This document shows, one piece after another, positions 11,431 to 23,914 of a stretch of DNA of 64,000 nt. The first letter of the stretch is position 1. Each line of letters starts with the position of its first letter. A model generated the notes under the pieces. It worked only from the letters and a program-made list of their open reading frames with translations, was not told the origin of the DNA and made no database searches. Source of the DNA: Mobula hypostoma (taxonomy: Eukaryota); NCBI RefSeq assembly GCF_963921235.1, contig NC_086109.1:2854001-2918000 (forward strand). Direction: 5' to 3'. Made by a program: the position numbers and the translations under genes.

Positions 11431-13764
11431 CCCAAGCATTCCTTCTCTGCCATCTGTCCCACAGCCCTCACGCAGTGCTCTAGCTTCACGATTCTCGACA
11501 TCCTTTACTCTCACCAGATCTACAATCCAGCTCTCCACTTTATGTTGACAAATACAGTACTGTGTAAAAGTCTTAGGCACCCGAGCTTTTTACTGCATAT
11601 GTGCATTAAACTTTTGCACAGTGCTGTAGATTGAAAAAGTACCACAACATCACAGAACTATAGAACATTTACAACCATAAGAAGGCTGGTTAAATAAGAA
11701 TACCAATTCCACCTTCCAGTGCTTAGTCCATTGTTATGCAGGGCCAGAGGTCCTGGAAAAAAATCCAACAACTTTTTAAATCTGTTCAGGATTTCTGCCA
11801 GTAAGAGGCAGTTTCCTACTATCCCCTGTGGAGGAGGGAAAGATCTCTTACTTCCAATCCTTCTGTCATATGGTTTAAACACCTTGCTCTTGTCCTCCAT
11901 TAATTAATATCTTTCTACAGCTGTGAAATTGCTCAGAATTAGTACACCAGAAAGGCATTCTGTAATGTCCATGGTTGGCAAGGAGGATGGTCCACTATGT
12001 GGTTCTTTGACTCATTTCCAGTCATTTACCTCCCACTGCCTCTTAAATGTCTTCAATATCGGTCCTAACCTTTTCCCCTGGCACTACATTCCAGGCATCA
12101 ATAATTGGTATTTATATTTTTTAAAAATCTTGCTCGACATGCCTCCCTTGAAAGTTCTCCCCTCACCTTTAATTGACCCATCTAGTATAGTCATTTCGGC
12201 CCTCGGGAGAAGTTATCAGCTGTCTACTCTATCTATGCCTTTCATAATTGTATAAACTGTTGGCCATGAAGGAATTAAAATATGGGAGAAAACATCAAAC
12301 TCAAATTGGTCAAGAACAATGAGAGCAGACAAACTCACCTCGACAAATGTAGTACTGTGCAAAAGTCTTAGATACCCTAGCTATGTATATGGGCCTAAGA
12401 CTTTCGCACAGTACAATAGATTGAAAAGGTACCACAGTATCACAGAACTATAGAACATTTGTCTTTGTTCTTGCCATGTGCTTGAAGGAATGGAGGCTGC
12501 CATTTTGTGAAGCATCTCTGTAACCTCTATTTTGTGAACTGTTTGGTGAACTGATTCTTCCTCTGGGATAACTTAATTGGAGCAATTGAAGAAGGAGCTT
12601 CTGCTATTGATCTACGAAATGTGTGATCATTCTCAGATAAGCTGTGTATTGGGTACAATGACAGGTTTGCAGAAGTAATCCTGTTACCTCCACTCAGTGT
12701 CTGGGTCACCCATTATAGGTCAGTCAGATGACCTCAAGCCAACAGGAAGGAGGTGCATCATTTGAACTGATAAGAAGTGTTTAAAAGTAAGAAAAGTAAG
12801 GGGGCGGGCGAGAACTCTAGAGACTAATATCACCAGGAAGAACCCCATAGCAGGGGCTGGGAGAAGAAGGATCAATCGGCTGGCCAACGGAAGATTGTAT
12901 TTTGGTGTTATAAATTGGACAAGTGGTCTGAGTGAGTATTGGTACAGAGGGAACAGTAGAATTGATGTTTTAAGTTGTTTTGCCTGGGTCAACAAAATTA
13001 TTTTGATGTTTGTGTAGAGGCAATAAAATGCAAGCTTTGGTTAATTAAGAGTCGAGTAGTGAGTTTCCATCGATGATCGGCCAGCACTTCTATGCAGCCT
13101 CCAATGCTCCAGAGAAAACAATCTAAGCCTGTTTAAGCTCTTGCAGAGCACATTCCCTCTGATCCAGCCAGCATCCTGGTAAACCTCTTTGCACTGTCTC
13201 CAAAGCCTCCATGTCCTTTCTATAATGGGGCAACCAGAATTGAAAGCCTACCCAAAGATTTATTAAGCTGTAGCATAACTTTCTAACTTTTGAACTTAAT
13301 GCCTCATCTAATGCCTTATTAGGCAAGTAAACCACACGCCTCTTTTACCTGGAAGGTGGTGGGTGTCTGGAACATGCTGCTAGGGGAGTGTTGAGGCAAA
13401 TGCAATAGCAACATTTAAATAGGCACATGGACAGGCAAGGGATAAGGATAATGACTGTGTACAGGTAAATGGGATTAGTTTAGTTTGGCATCAATGGTCT
13501 GTACCAACATATTGGGCTGAAGGGCCTGTCCCTGTACTGTGCTCTTGTATGTACAATGGGCCCTCAGAAATCCCTGATTTGTTCCTCAGTGAACAATTAG
13601 CTCTTCAAAATGGATGCCTATAGGAAATGTATTACAAAATATTCAACTTTAAGTTAGCAAGATCTTGTTTTTTACACTGATACCTTGGACACCAAGATGG
13701 ATTTTTTCAGTCATCGTTCTTAATTAATCGTGAGCTTCCAGGACAGATTTGTAAATTTACTTAC

Positions 13765-13941
13765 TGATTTCTCTGCGTTTTCTAGTCTTGAAAAGATTGT
13801 CATTTTCTTCTAACATGTTGTTAAATTCCTGAGTAATGTCCTTCTCCGGGTTTGTCAGCTTTGTGTATAAAGCCTCACATTCCACAAAGGTCAGCATGTC
13901 TGCAATTCGACCCATTTGGTGAATTCCTATATTGTCTGCAG
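13765..13941 (-). CDS. TMDD1: TMDD1-like coding exon 2
   Basis: ttttctccctcag| ... |gtaagt; 177 nt, phase 1/1; (A)ADNIGIHQMGRIADMLTFVECEALYTKLTNPEKDITQEFNNMLEENDNLFKTRKRREI resembles human TMDD1 as recalled (DAMGPH..RLAELLTPEEC...RRRR). Confidence 0.9.
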
Positions 13942-14040
13942 CTGAGGGAGAAAACGTGTTTCTATCAGTGAATGAAATAAGATTCAAACACAAGGATATC
14001 TGCAGATGCAATAAGATGAAATAAGATTGTTAGTTTTCTG

Positions 14041-14175
14041 GTGAACGCAGCAGTTCCCGTGTTTGTGAAATTCCAGCACCTGTAGATTTCCTCGTGTTTG
14101 CGCTGCTGTGTTCACCAGCAACTTTTATGTGTGTTGCTTGAAATTTCAGCATCTGCAGATTTCCTCGTGTTTGTG
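14041..14175 (+). mobile_element. Rearranged PLE terminal fragment
   Basis: Pieces of the PLE tail, one inverted; 14-bp TSD ttgtta(g/t)ttttctg at 14027-14040 and 14176-14189. Confidence 0.8.
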
Positions 14176-14676
14176 TTGTTATTTTTCTGCTTCATTTGCT
14201 GGTGTGTTCACTGCATCAGTGACAAATTTCACCTCAGATAGTTAATTTGCTGACAAAATATAAATGAGGTCAGCAGGGCGACATCACAACCCCTCTGCCC
14301 TCTGGTATTGACTGGGTGTGATTTTCACACTCTCTGCATGGCTTTTCTCTGCCTGTACAAATGTCAGTCTCCATCTCGAAGACACTTAGATTGGTAGTGT
14401 TGGAATTGGTTGTTTTTTTTATTACTTTTTGTTAGCTATTAGTTGAATTAATGCAAGGCTAAGATCATAGTTTTAATCACAGTTTCTTTCTTACTGACAT
14501 AATTTGTGTTTTTAATCACTTGTATCTTTAACAAATACTATTTTTCACAGTATGTAATGATTTGTCACCACCTACTAGCAGAAAGCCAGTTATGTATACC
14601 TTTTTACCTTTTGGTTGCTGAAATGTTAACACATTACCCACATGATGTAATTGTATAGCTTTTGGCTGATTTGTTG

Positions 14677-14888
14677 GCATGTGGCCAAGTGGTTAAGGTG
14701 TCGGTCTAGTGATCTGAATGTCGCTACCTCGAGCCTCAGCTGAGGCAGCGTGTTGTGTCCTTCAGCAAGGCACTTAACCACACATTGCTCTGCGACAACA
14801 CCGGTACCAAGCTGTGTGGGTCCTAATGCCCTTCCCTTGGACAATATTGGTGGTGTGGCAAGGGGAGACTTGCAGCATGGGCAACTGT
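14677..14888 (+). mobile_element. tRNA-derived SINE, 3'-truncated copy
   Basis: Near-identical to 7554-7757. Confidence 0.8.
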
Positions 14889-15120
14889 TACCTGGAGTAT
14901 AAAGTGAGATTTTTCAAAGGTGCCATCTCTTAATTGAACCTACTTTTTATCTCTACTTTGCTTGTCAGCTCCTCACTTAGTTTCTTGGCTCTTTTGAAAG
15001 CGGTGGACCTTCAGGAACCAGTTTGACCTATTCTGTACTAGGGACAGTCATAGGGTTGTACAATGGAGAAACAAGGCCTTCAGGAAGCAGTCTGACCTAT
15101 TCTGTACTAGAGACAACATC

Positions 15121-18100
15121 TCATTTTCATCTTTAAAATCTTTTTATTTATATATAATCTTCTACAGCTATAAAATACAAAAGTTCAACAAATTAGTATA
15201 TATATAATTAATAAAGCTGAAGAAAAAAAACTTCCATATGTTAATTTAAAAAAAACTATGTAAGAAAAAGAAGGAAAAAAGAGAACCCCAACTAACTAAA
15301 AAAAACCAACTAACTACAAAAAAACCCCATTAGGAACCAACACTCAGAGGAATACATCTTACAATCATCTGTATATGCTGGCATTTATAGCGAGAAGATT
15401 CGAGTACAGGAGCAGGGAGGTACTACTGCAGTTGTACAAGGCCTTGGTGAGTCCACACCTGGAGTATTGTGTGCAGTTTTGGTCTCCTAATCTGAGGAAA
15501 GACATCTTTGCCATAGAGGGAGTACAAAGAAGGTTCACCAGATTGATTCCTGGGATGGCAGGTCTTTCATATGAAGAAAGACTGGATGAACTGGGCTTGT
15601 ACTCGTTGGAATTTAGAAGATTGAGGGGGGATCTGATTGAAACGTATAAGATCCTAAAGGGATTGGACAGGCTAGATGCGGGAAGATTGTTCCCGATGTT
15701 GGGGAGGTCCAGAACGAGGGGTCACAGTTTGAGGATAGAGGGGAAGCCTTTTAGGACCGAGATTAGGAAAAACTTCTTCACACAGAGAGTGGTGAATCTG
15801 TGGAATTCTCTGCCACAGCAAACTGTTGAGGCCAGTTCATTGGCTATGTTTAAGAGGGAGTTAGATATGGCCCTTGTGGCTACAGGGGTCAGGGGGTATG
15901 GAGGGAAGGCTGGGTTCTGAGTTGGATGATCAGCCTTGATCATAATAAATGGCGGTGCAGGCTCGAAGGGCCGAATGGCCTACTCCTGCACCTATTTTCT
16001 ATGTTTCTATGTTTCTATATATAAAAGATTTAAAAAAAACAACCACCAAATCACATCTATATAACATAAAATTGGAAGGAAATCATATAAATTAATTCAT
16101 ATTAAATGATAATATTTGGCAAAAGAGCCCCACCTTCTCTCAAAATCGAATCGGGGATCAAAAGTTCTACTAATATTTTCCAAACTAAGACATAACATTA
16201 CTTGGGAAAACCATTGAGTTAGTGTAGGAGCAGAAGTATCTTTCCACTTCAATAAAATAGCTCTTCTTGCCAACAATGTAACGAATGCAATTACGTGTTT
16301 TTTTGAAAATGAAATACCTTGAATATGATACGGAACTATTCCAAATAGAACTGTCAATGTACTAGGTGGTAAATTGATTTTCAAAGCTTTAGAAATTGTA
16401 GAAAATAAAGATTTCCAAAAAGATTTCAATGAGGGACATGACCAGAACATATGTGACAGAGTAGCTACTTCATTTTTACACCTATTACAACAGTTGTCTA
16501 TATTCAGAAATATTTTGGATAGTCTCTCCTTTGTTAAATAATAACGGTGACCAATTTTAAATTGAATTAAACAATGATTGGCACATATCAAAGAAGAATT
16601 AACCATTTTCAGAACTCAGAACCAATCTTCATTAACAAAAGTCATATTAAGTTCTCTCTCCCAATCTTGTTTAATCTTTAGTGACAGGTTATCTTTTTGT
16701 AGTAAAAATAAATTATAAATTCTACAAATGGAACCTCTCACTAAAGGATTCATATTCAAAATAGTATCCAACAAATCAGATTCTTGCATATATGGAAACA
16801 TAGAAACATATTTTTGTAAAAAATGCCTAACCTGAAAATATTGCAAGATATGTGTATGAGAGAGAATATTTGCTAATTAACTCTTCAAAAGTCATCAATC
16901 GACCATCACTAAATAAATCTGCAAAAGAACAAATCCCCTTATTTCTCCATAAAAGAAAAATGGGATCAGTAATTGAAGGTTTAAATAGCAAATTTCGAAA
17001 TACAGGGCTAGGCAATTTAAATTGTTTAAAATTAAAAGAGTTGCGAAACTGAAACCAAATCCGTAAGGACTGTTTAATAACAGGGTTGAGATTTAAATTG
17101 GGAATTTAAGCAAGTTGTAAAGGTAATGAAGCTCCTAATAATGAAGTTAAATGAAATTGTTTAATAGCTTTTAATTCCAAATCAATCCAAACTGGTTTTT
17201 TTGGCTCTTATCGAGCCAATATACCCAAAAACATAGTTGTTGAATATTAACAGCCTAATAATACAATCTTAAATTAGGTAGCGTAAGTCTACCATTTTTG
17301 GGGGATTTTTGTAAATGAAACTTATTAACTCTTGGTTTTTTATCATTCCAAATAAAGGACGAAATAGTAGAATCAATTTGATCAAAAAATTTTTTAGTTA
17401 GAAAAATAGGTGTATTTTGAAAAATATATAAAAATCTAGCTAAAATCATCATTTTCACGGCATGAATACAACCTATTGAAGAAAGTGTAGGAGGATTCCA
17501 TCTAGAAAGTAATTGTTTCATAGAGTTCAATAAAGGAACTACATTAGCTTTATAAAGATTTTTTTTTTGTAATAGTAATACCCAAACATTTAAAAGAATT
17601 CACAGTTCTAAATGGAATATCATTATATATAAAAACAGGAACATTTAAAGGGAACAATTCACTTTTGTTTAAGTTAAGTTTATATCCTGAAAGTTTTCCA
17701 AAATCATTTAATAATTCCAGAAGATTAGGAATAGATTCTTCAGGATTCGAAATATAAACCAAAAGATCATCTGCATAAAGAGAGACCTTATGTATGGTCC
17801 CATTTGTAGAAATACCATGAATGTTTTTAGCTTCACGAATTGTTATAGCCAAAGGCTCCAGTACGAGATTAAATAATAAAGGACTTAACGGACACCCTTC
17901 TCGAGTACATCGTGAAAGTGAAAAAAAGGGAGACCTAAGATTAATAGTAATAACAGCAGCGATAGAGTTCTTATATATCATTTGAATCCACTTATTAAAA
18001 TTATTACCAAAGCCAAATTTCTCTAATACATTAAACAAGTAAGTCCATTTAACTCTATCAAATGTCTTTTCTGCATCCAGAGAAATAACACATTGGGGTG

Positions 18101-18778
18101 TTTTGGATAATGGTGAATATATAATATTCATCAATCTCCGAACATTGGAAAAAGAATAACGGCCTCTAATAAAGCCTGTTTGATCCATAGAGATAATTTT
18201 AGATAAAATGTTTTCCAAACGGTTAGACATTATCTTGGAAAGAATTTTAGCATCCACATTTAATAGCAAAAATAGATCTATAAGATAAGCATTCAGTCGG
18301 ATCTTTATCTTTCTTAAGGATTAAAGAAACAGACGCTTCATAAAAAGAAGAAGGTAAGTTACCTTTCTTAAAAGATTCATGAAATATTTCCAAAAGGTAT
18401 GGAGAAAGTAACTTTTCAAATTTTTTGTAAAATCCTACCAAATAACCATCGAGTCCAGGAGCTTTACCTAATTGCATTGACCATATAGCTTTCTGAATTT
18501 CATGCTCAACAATTGGAGCATAAAGGGTCTGTTGATCTTTAGCAGTAATTTGAGGAAATTTAATCTTATATAAAAAAGCCTTCATTTTGGAGGGATCTGC
18601 AGGAAACTGAGATTTATAAAGATTGGAATAAGAACCCTAAAAAAATTATTAATATCTTCATAATTACTTACTAAATCTCCATTATCTTTACGAATCTTTA
18701 AAATTTGTCTTTTAGCTCTAGCAGCCCTTAATTGGGAAGCTAAGAGCCTATTATTTTTATCCCCAAAAATATAAAACT
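15121..18778 (-). mobile_element. 5'-truncated, frameshifted L1 LINE
   Basis: KAPGLDGY, DQTGFIRGR, SLDAEK.FD, GCPLSPLLF, YADD and CNRC..HMFWSC motifs across ORFs 18585-16097. Confidence 0.93.
15376..16017 (+). mobile_element. Young CR1 3' end nested in the L1 3' UTR
   Basis: Uninterrupted 181-aa ORF2 C-terminus; (TTTCTATG)n tail. Confidence 0.92.
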
Positions 18779-19918
18779 GGGTTGTACAATAGAGAAACAG
18801 ACCCTTCACAAAGCAGTCTGATCTATTCTGTACTAGAGACAACATCATAGGGTTGTACAATGGAGAAACAGGCCCTTCAGCCGTCACGTAAATGTCAACA
18901 ATTATGCCCATCTGTACCAGACTCAGCTACCAGGAATAGTGCCATAACTCTCTCAGCATGGCTCATTCAAGTACCTGTCCAGATGACTCTGAATGTTGGC
19001 TGTCCCTATCTCCATTACCTCCACTGGTAGCTCATTCCAGATAGCAACTTCCCTTTATGTGAACATTTACTCCTCAGATTCCCTTTAAACCTCCTCCCTC
19101 TCAACTTCTGTGCCCTCTTCTTTTAGACTCTCCTGCTATGAGAAGCAAATATTGGCTATCTCCCGTAACTACACCTCACATAGTTTCATAAATCTCCATA
19201 GAGTCACCACTCAGCTTCCTTCATTCCCAGCCCATCCAATCTCCTCCTCTAGCTCATGCCCAACAATCCACGGAACATCCTTGTGAATCTTTTCTACGCT
19301 CTCTCTTGCCAATATGTCTTTCTCATAGCAGTGCCCCAGATTTCAGGATGCAATGGGCCTGTATTCTGAGGTCTGTTCACCCACACTACCCCAGACCCTG
19401 CCATTTACTGTTTATCTGCCCTGCCCTGGTTCAACTTCCCAAAATGCATTACCTCCCATTGATCTGAGCTAAATTCCATCAGACATTCTCCTGGCCCCTT
19501 CCCTGTTGATCTTAATGTAACCTTAGACAACCTTCTTCTTCTCCTCAGCATTTGAGTTCCAGCATTCTGCATTCTTACGATTTTTCATGTCTGAATACTG
19601 GTGCACATTTGATGAGTCAATCAACTCCAAAACAGGAATTTTGTGCTTCCTTCATGACGTTTACTCATAACCTCACTTCATTCCCCAGCATCAGTATTAC
19701 TGTCTTGAGTACCAGCTAAAATGTACAGTACCCATAGTGTACCTGAATCAATATCACACTGAAATCTCTTCTTTGTCTAATCCATAATCTCCCGTGGCGC
19801 TCTCAGTGAAAGGAGTGGAATAAAAGAGACCATACAACTTGACTCCGCCAAGTATATCTGATAGACCTCTATACTGTGAAGTTATGGAATTGTTTTAATA
19901 TAATTTTAGACCTTAAGT

Positions 19919-20778
19919 CAGGGGTCCCCAACCTTTTTTGCAACAAAGACTACCATGAAGCCTTGCGGGGGCACCTATGTGCGCGTGTGTGTACGTGCCC
20001 ATTTTTTTCTACAAATCGTTTTTGGCAATACTGTTCAGTGAAACTACACTGTACATACATTATTTCTACTTTATATAGGCTGTGTATTTATCATATCATT
20101 CCTGCTTTCACTATATGTTAGTGTTATTTTAGGTTTTATGTAACACAGCGCATGAATATAGTGATAAGTCAATTATAAGTCACTTATAAGTCAATAGCAT
20201 CTTAACATTTTAAGTAACGTTTGGATATTAAACACACAGTATATAATTTCCCGGTATGAACATATAAAATCATTGCAACACACCAATATCGCTGAATCAG
20301 TGGGAGCCCTGGGCTTGTTTCCCTGCAACGAGACGGTGCCAGCGAGGGGTGACGGGAGACAGCAATACTCGAAGGGGGTTCCTTGTGTCCAGTCTATTCC
20401 GCAATTTAGTTTTGATTGCATTCATTGCAGAAAACCCTGCTTCGCAGAGATATGTTGGAAATGGAAGCAACGTTTTCAGTGATTTCGTGGCTATCTCAGG
20501 ATATTTAGCCTTGACTTTGATCCAGAATGCCGGCAGAGATGTTATGTCAAACATACTTTTCAGCCCACCATCATTTGCAAGCTCGAGGAGTTGATCTCCT
20601 ACATGGATGATGCGGGCGTAATGACCTCGCATGCGTTCAAGTTCAACAGTGGGCATAACAGGGAATGAGGAAAGGTGCAGCTGACTCATATCGCCAAATC
20701 ATATCGTTTCCTCGCAGCCCGGTAGCACATGCTTTGCGGCCCGGTATCGGTCCGCGGCCCGGTGGTTGGGGACCGCTG
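19919..20778 (-). mobile_element. Non-autonomous hAT (Charlie/Buster-type) DNA transposon
   Basis: TIRs cag(g/c)ggtccccaacc; 8-bp TSD ccttaagt (19911-19918, 20779-20786); hATC remnant FW..V...YP...LLPFPTYLCEAGFS...KTKLRNRLD...KQAQGSH. Confidence 0.93.
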
Positions 20779-21929
20779 CCTTAAGTCATAGGAACAGAAT
20801 TAGGCCACTCAGCCCATCAAATCTACTCTGCCATTCCATCCTGGCTGATTTATAGAGTCATAGAAAAGTTCAGCAGAGAAACAGGCCATTTGACCCATCT
20901 AGACCATGCCAAACCACTTATACTTCCTACTCCCATCGACCTACACCCAGACCACAGCCCTCCACACCCCTACCATCCACGCACCTATCCAAAACTTCAC
21001 TTAAACATTGAAATCGAGCTGGAATGCTCCACTTGTGGGGGCAGCTCATTCCACATCCTCAACTCAATTCTTCTTCCTTCTCCCCATAACCCTTGAATTT
21101 TGAACCAAAAAGAAAATTAATTTTGTGAGAAAATACGTGTACAATATCAAAATTAAACAGTGGGAGTTTTGATAGATATATTAATTATAAGAAGGGACCT
21201 TTAGAGAACAAGGTCTGTGAATTAATAGAGAAATGGCAGACATGTTAGAGTAGTGGGTGCGTGGGATTGTGCTGGAAACCAAGACGGTAACAACATTTAT
21301 GAGGCATTTTGAAAGGTACATGAATAGGCATGGAGCAGAGGGATAGATCTTGTGCAGATTGTTGACACAGACCTGAGATTAGCCTGTAGGTCTGATCCGG
21401 TGTTACTCTTTTTGTTTGTTGTTCTATATTTAAATTAACATAAAGATGGATTGCATAAATTCATAGAGTTGCACAGCATGATTTATTGATGCTGACAATG
21501 ACGCCTGTCTACACTAATCCCACTTGCCCCTATTAGCCTTGTGTTCCTCTAATCCTTTCCTTTCAATTTCCCCTCTAAATTCCTTTTAAACATTGTTATT
21601 GAACCTGCCTCTAGCACCTCCTCTGGCAGTTATGTGCATATACCCACCACCAATGTCCCCTGTAGTTTTTGCTTACAACTGTATGGACCAACCTTTGCTT
21701 TGAGCAGGAAATTTTTGCACAGAATGAAAACCGTAGAGCATTTAAAATATCTCTTTTGTAATATGTGTCGGCGTCCAGTGGGCCAGTGGTTTATTAACAA
21801 TGAGCTACCAACTTCCATTCTGTGTTTATTATTACAATTTGTAACAGTGTTATAATATGAAACACTGCCAATGTAAATACATTAAAGCTCCAAAATGTTT
21901 CAAAGTAAAGGTCGTGATACATTTATAAT

Positions 21930-22680
21930 TAAGACCATAAGATATAGGAGCAGGAATAGGCCATGTGGCCCATCATGGCTGATCCATTTCTCCTCTTAGC
22001 CCCAGTCTCCTGCTTTTCACCACATCCTCCCAACTCGTATCCCTTCATGCCCTGGCCAATGAAGGATCTATCAACCTCTGACTTAAATATACATAAAGGC
22101 TTGGTCTCCACAGCTGCCAGTGGCAGTGAATTCCACAGACTCACCACCCTCTGGCTAAAGAAATTCCTCCTCATTTCTGTTCTAAAAGGACATCCCTCTA
22201 TTCTGAGGCTGTGTCCTCTGGTCTAAGACTCTCCCATCATAGGAAACATTCTCTCCATGTTCACTCTATCATGGCCTTTCACCATTTGATAGGTTTCAAT
22301 GAGGTCACCCCTCATTCTTCTAAATTCCAGTGAATACAGCCCAGAGCCACCAAATGCTCTTCATATGACAAACAGTCCAATACCAGAATCATTTTCATAA
22401 GCCACTTGTGAACCTGCTCCAGTGTCAGCACATCCTTTCTAAGATAAAGGGCCCAGAACTGCTCCTAATACTCCAGGTGAGGCCTCACCAGTGCTTTATA
22501 AAGTCTCAACATTACATTCTTGCTTGTATATTCTAGTCCTCTTGAAATGAATGCTAACATTGCATTTGCCTTCCTCACCATAGACTCAACCTGCAAATTA
22601 ACCTTTGGGGAATCCTGCACAAGGACTACGAAGTCCCTTTGCACCTCAGTTTTTTATATTTTCTCTCCATTTTAGAAAAA
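21930..22680 (-). mobile_element. CR1-like LINE 3' fragment
   Basis: RRNFFSQRVVSLWNSLP and LVRPHLEY motifs. Confidence 0.88.
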
Positions 22681-23914
22681 AACATGTAAATTGTAAATGT
22701 GTGAGAAGAAGTGGGTTGGGACCAATCAGGGAAAATGAAGGTAATGCATAACTTAAGGCTGGACTGGTAAGAGAATATTTTCCATTAACACTTACTAAGG
22801 AAGCAGATGCTGACAACATATCAGTTGACGCAGTGGCATTGGAGTGAATGGATGGGGTAGAAATTGATGTGAAAATCTCTCTGTGTTCAGGGTGTGTGTC
22901 ACGTGTCCGCTATCCCAGGTTGCTAAGGTGACAAGTGCAAAAGACAGTCAAATCTTTCCACAACTCTAAAAATTGGAGACTTATTTCGAATCTTGTGGTG
23001 CTGAAAATAAATCTTAAGGTAGTATATGATGATATATATTCACCTTGATAATACTTGCTTTGAACTTGAACTCAAGCTTTTCTCTTCTTTCAGATTGGAT
23101 TGCAAAGTGCACAATATGATGGTAGGCCACAGTAGTGTCGTGGTTAGCGTGATGTCATTACACCTTGGAGTGCTCCGGAGTTCAAAGTTCAATTCCAGTG
23201 CCATCTATAAAGAGTCTGTACGTCCTCCCCATGAACTGGGAGTCTTCCCCTGGGTGCTCCAGTATCCTCCCACAGTCCAAAGATGTTAATTAGTCATTGT
23301 AAATTATTCCATGATTAGGTTAGGGTTGATTGAGTTTGTCGGGGGGGTGGAGTGCTGGGGGGTATGGTTCGAAGGGCTGGAAGAGCCTACTCTACCCTGT
23401 ATCACTAAATAATTAATTAACATTGAGCAGTGTGGGACCTTCAGCCACGATCCTGCCAGTCTAAATAAATCTACTCTATAGTGAATCTAACACTAACCCT
23501 TCCTTCCCCTCTCCCTCTAAACAGCCAATAACCCTTCACGTTTCATAAATCCATGGGCCTACGTAAGAGTTTCTGAAATGGCCCTGTTGCATCGGCCTGC
23601 ACCAACAGCCCCGCAGTATGTTCCAGCCACCGAACTCTGACCTCTGACATCTCCCTGACACTTTCTTCCACTCACCATAAACAAGTATTGCTCTCGTCAT
23701 CTCGTACAACTCTATTAAGTTCCTGCTTATGCTCTGTTTCTTCGAAAAGAAAAGCCCCAGCTTTCTCAAACTTTCCTCACAAGATATGCTCTCTAATCCA
23801 CCCAGCATCCTGGTAAATCTCCTTTGCACCCTCTCTAAAGCTTCCACAAACTTCCTATAATGAGATGACCAGAAATGAACTGATTACTCATCACAAAGAG
23901 CTTTACAGAGCTAA

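Noticed and set aside
19742..19873. Exon-like minus-strand segment in TMDD1 intron 1 (YRGLSDILGGVKLYGLFYSTPF...)
   Set aside because: Stops in all frames, weak donor, and not needed for the TMDD1 frame
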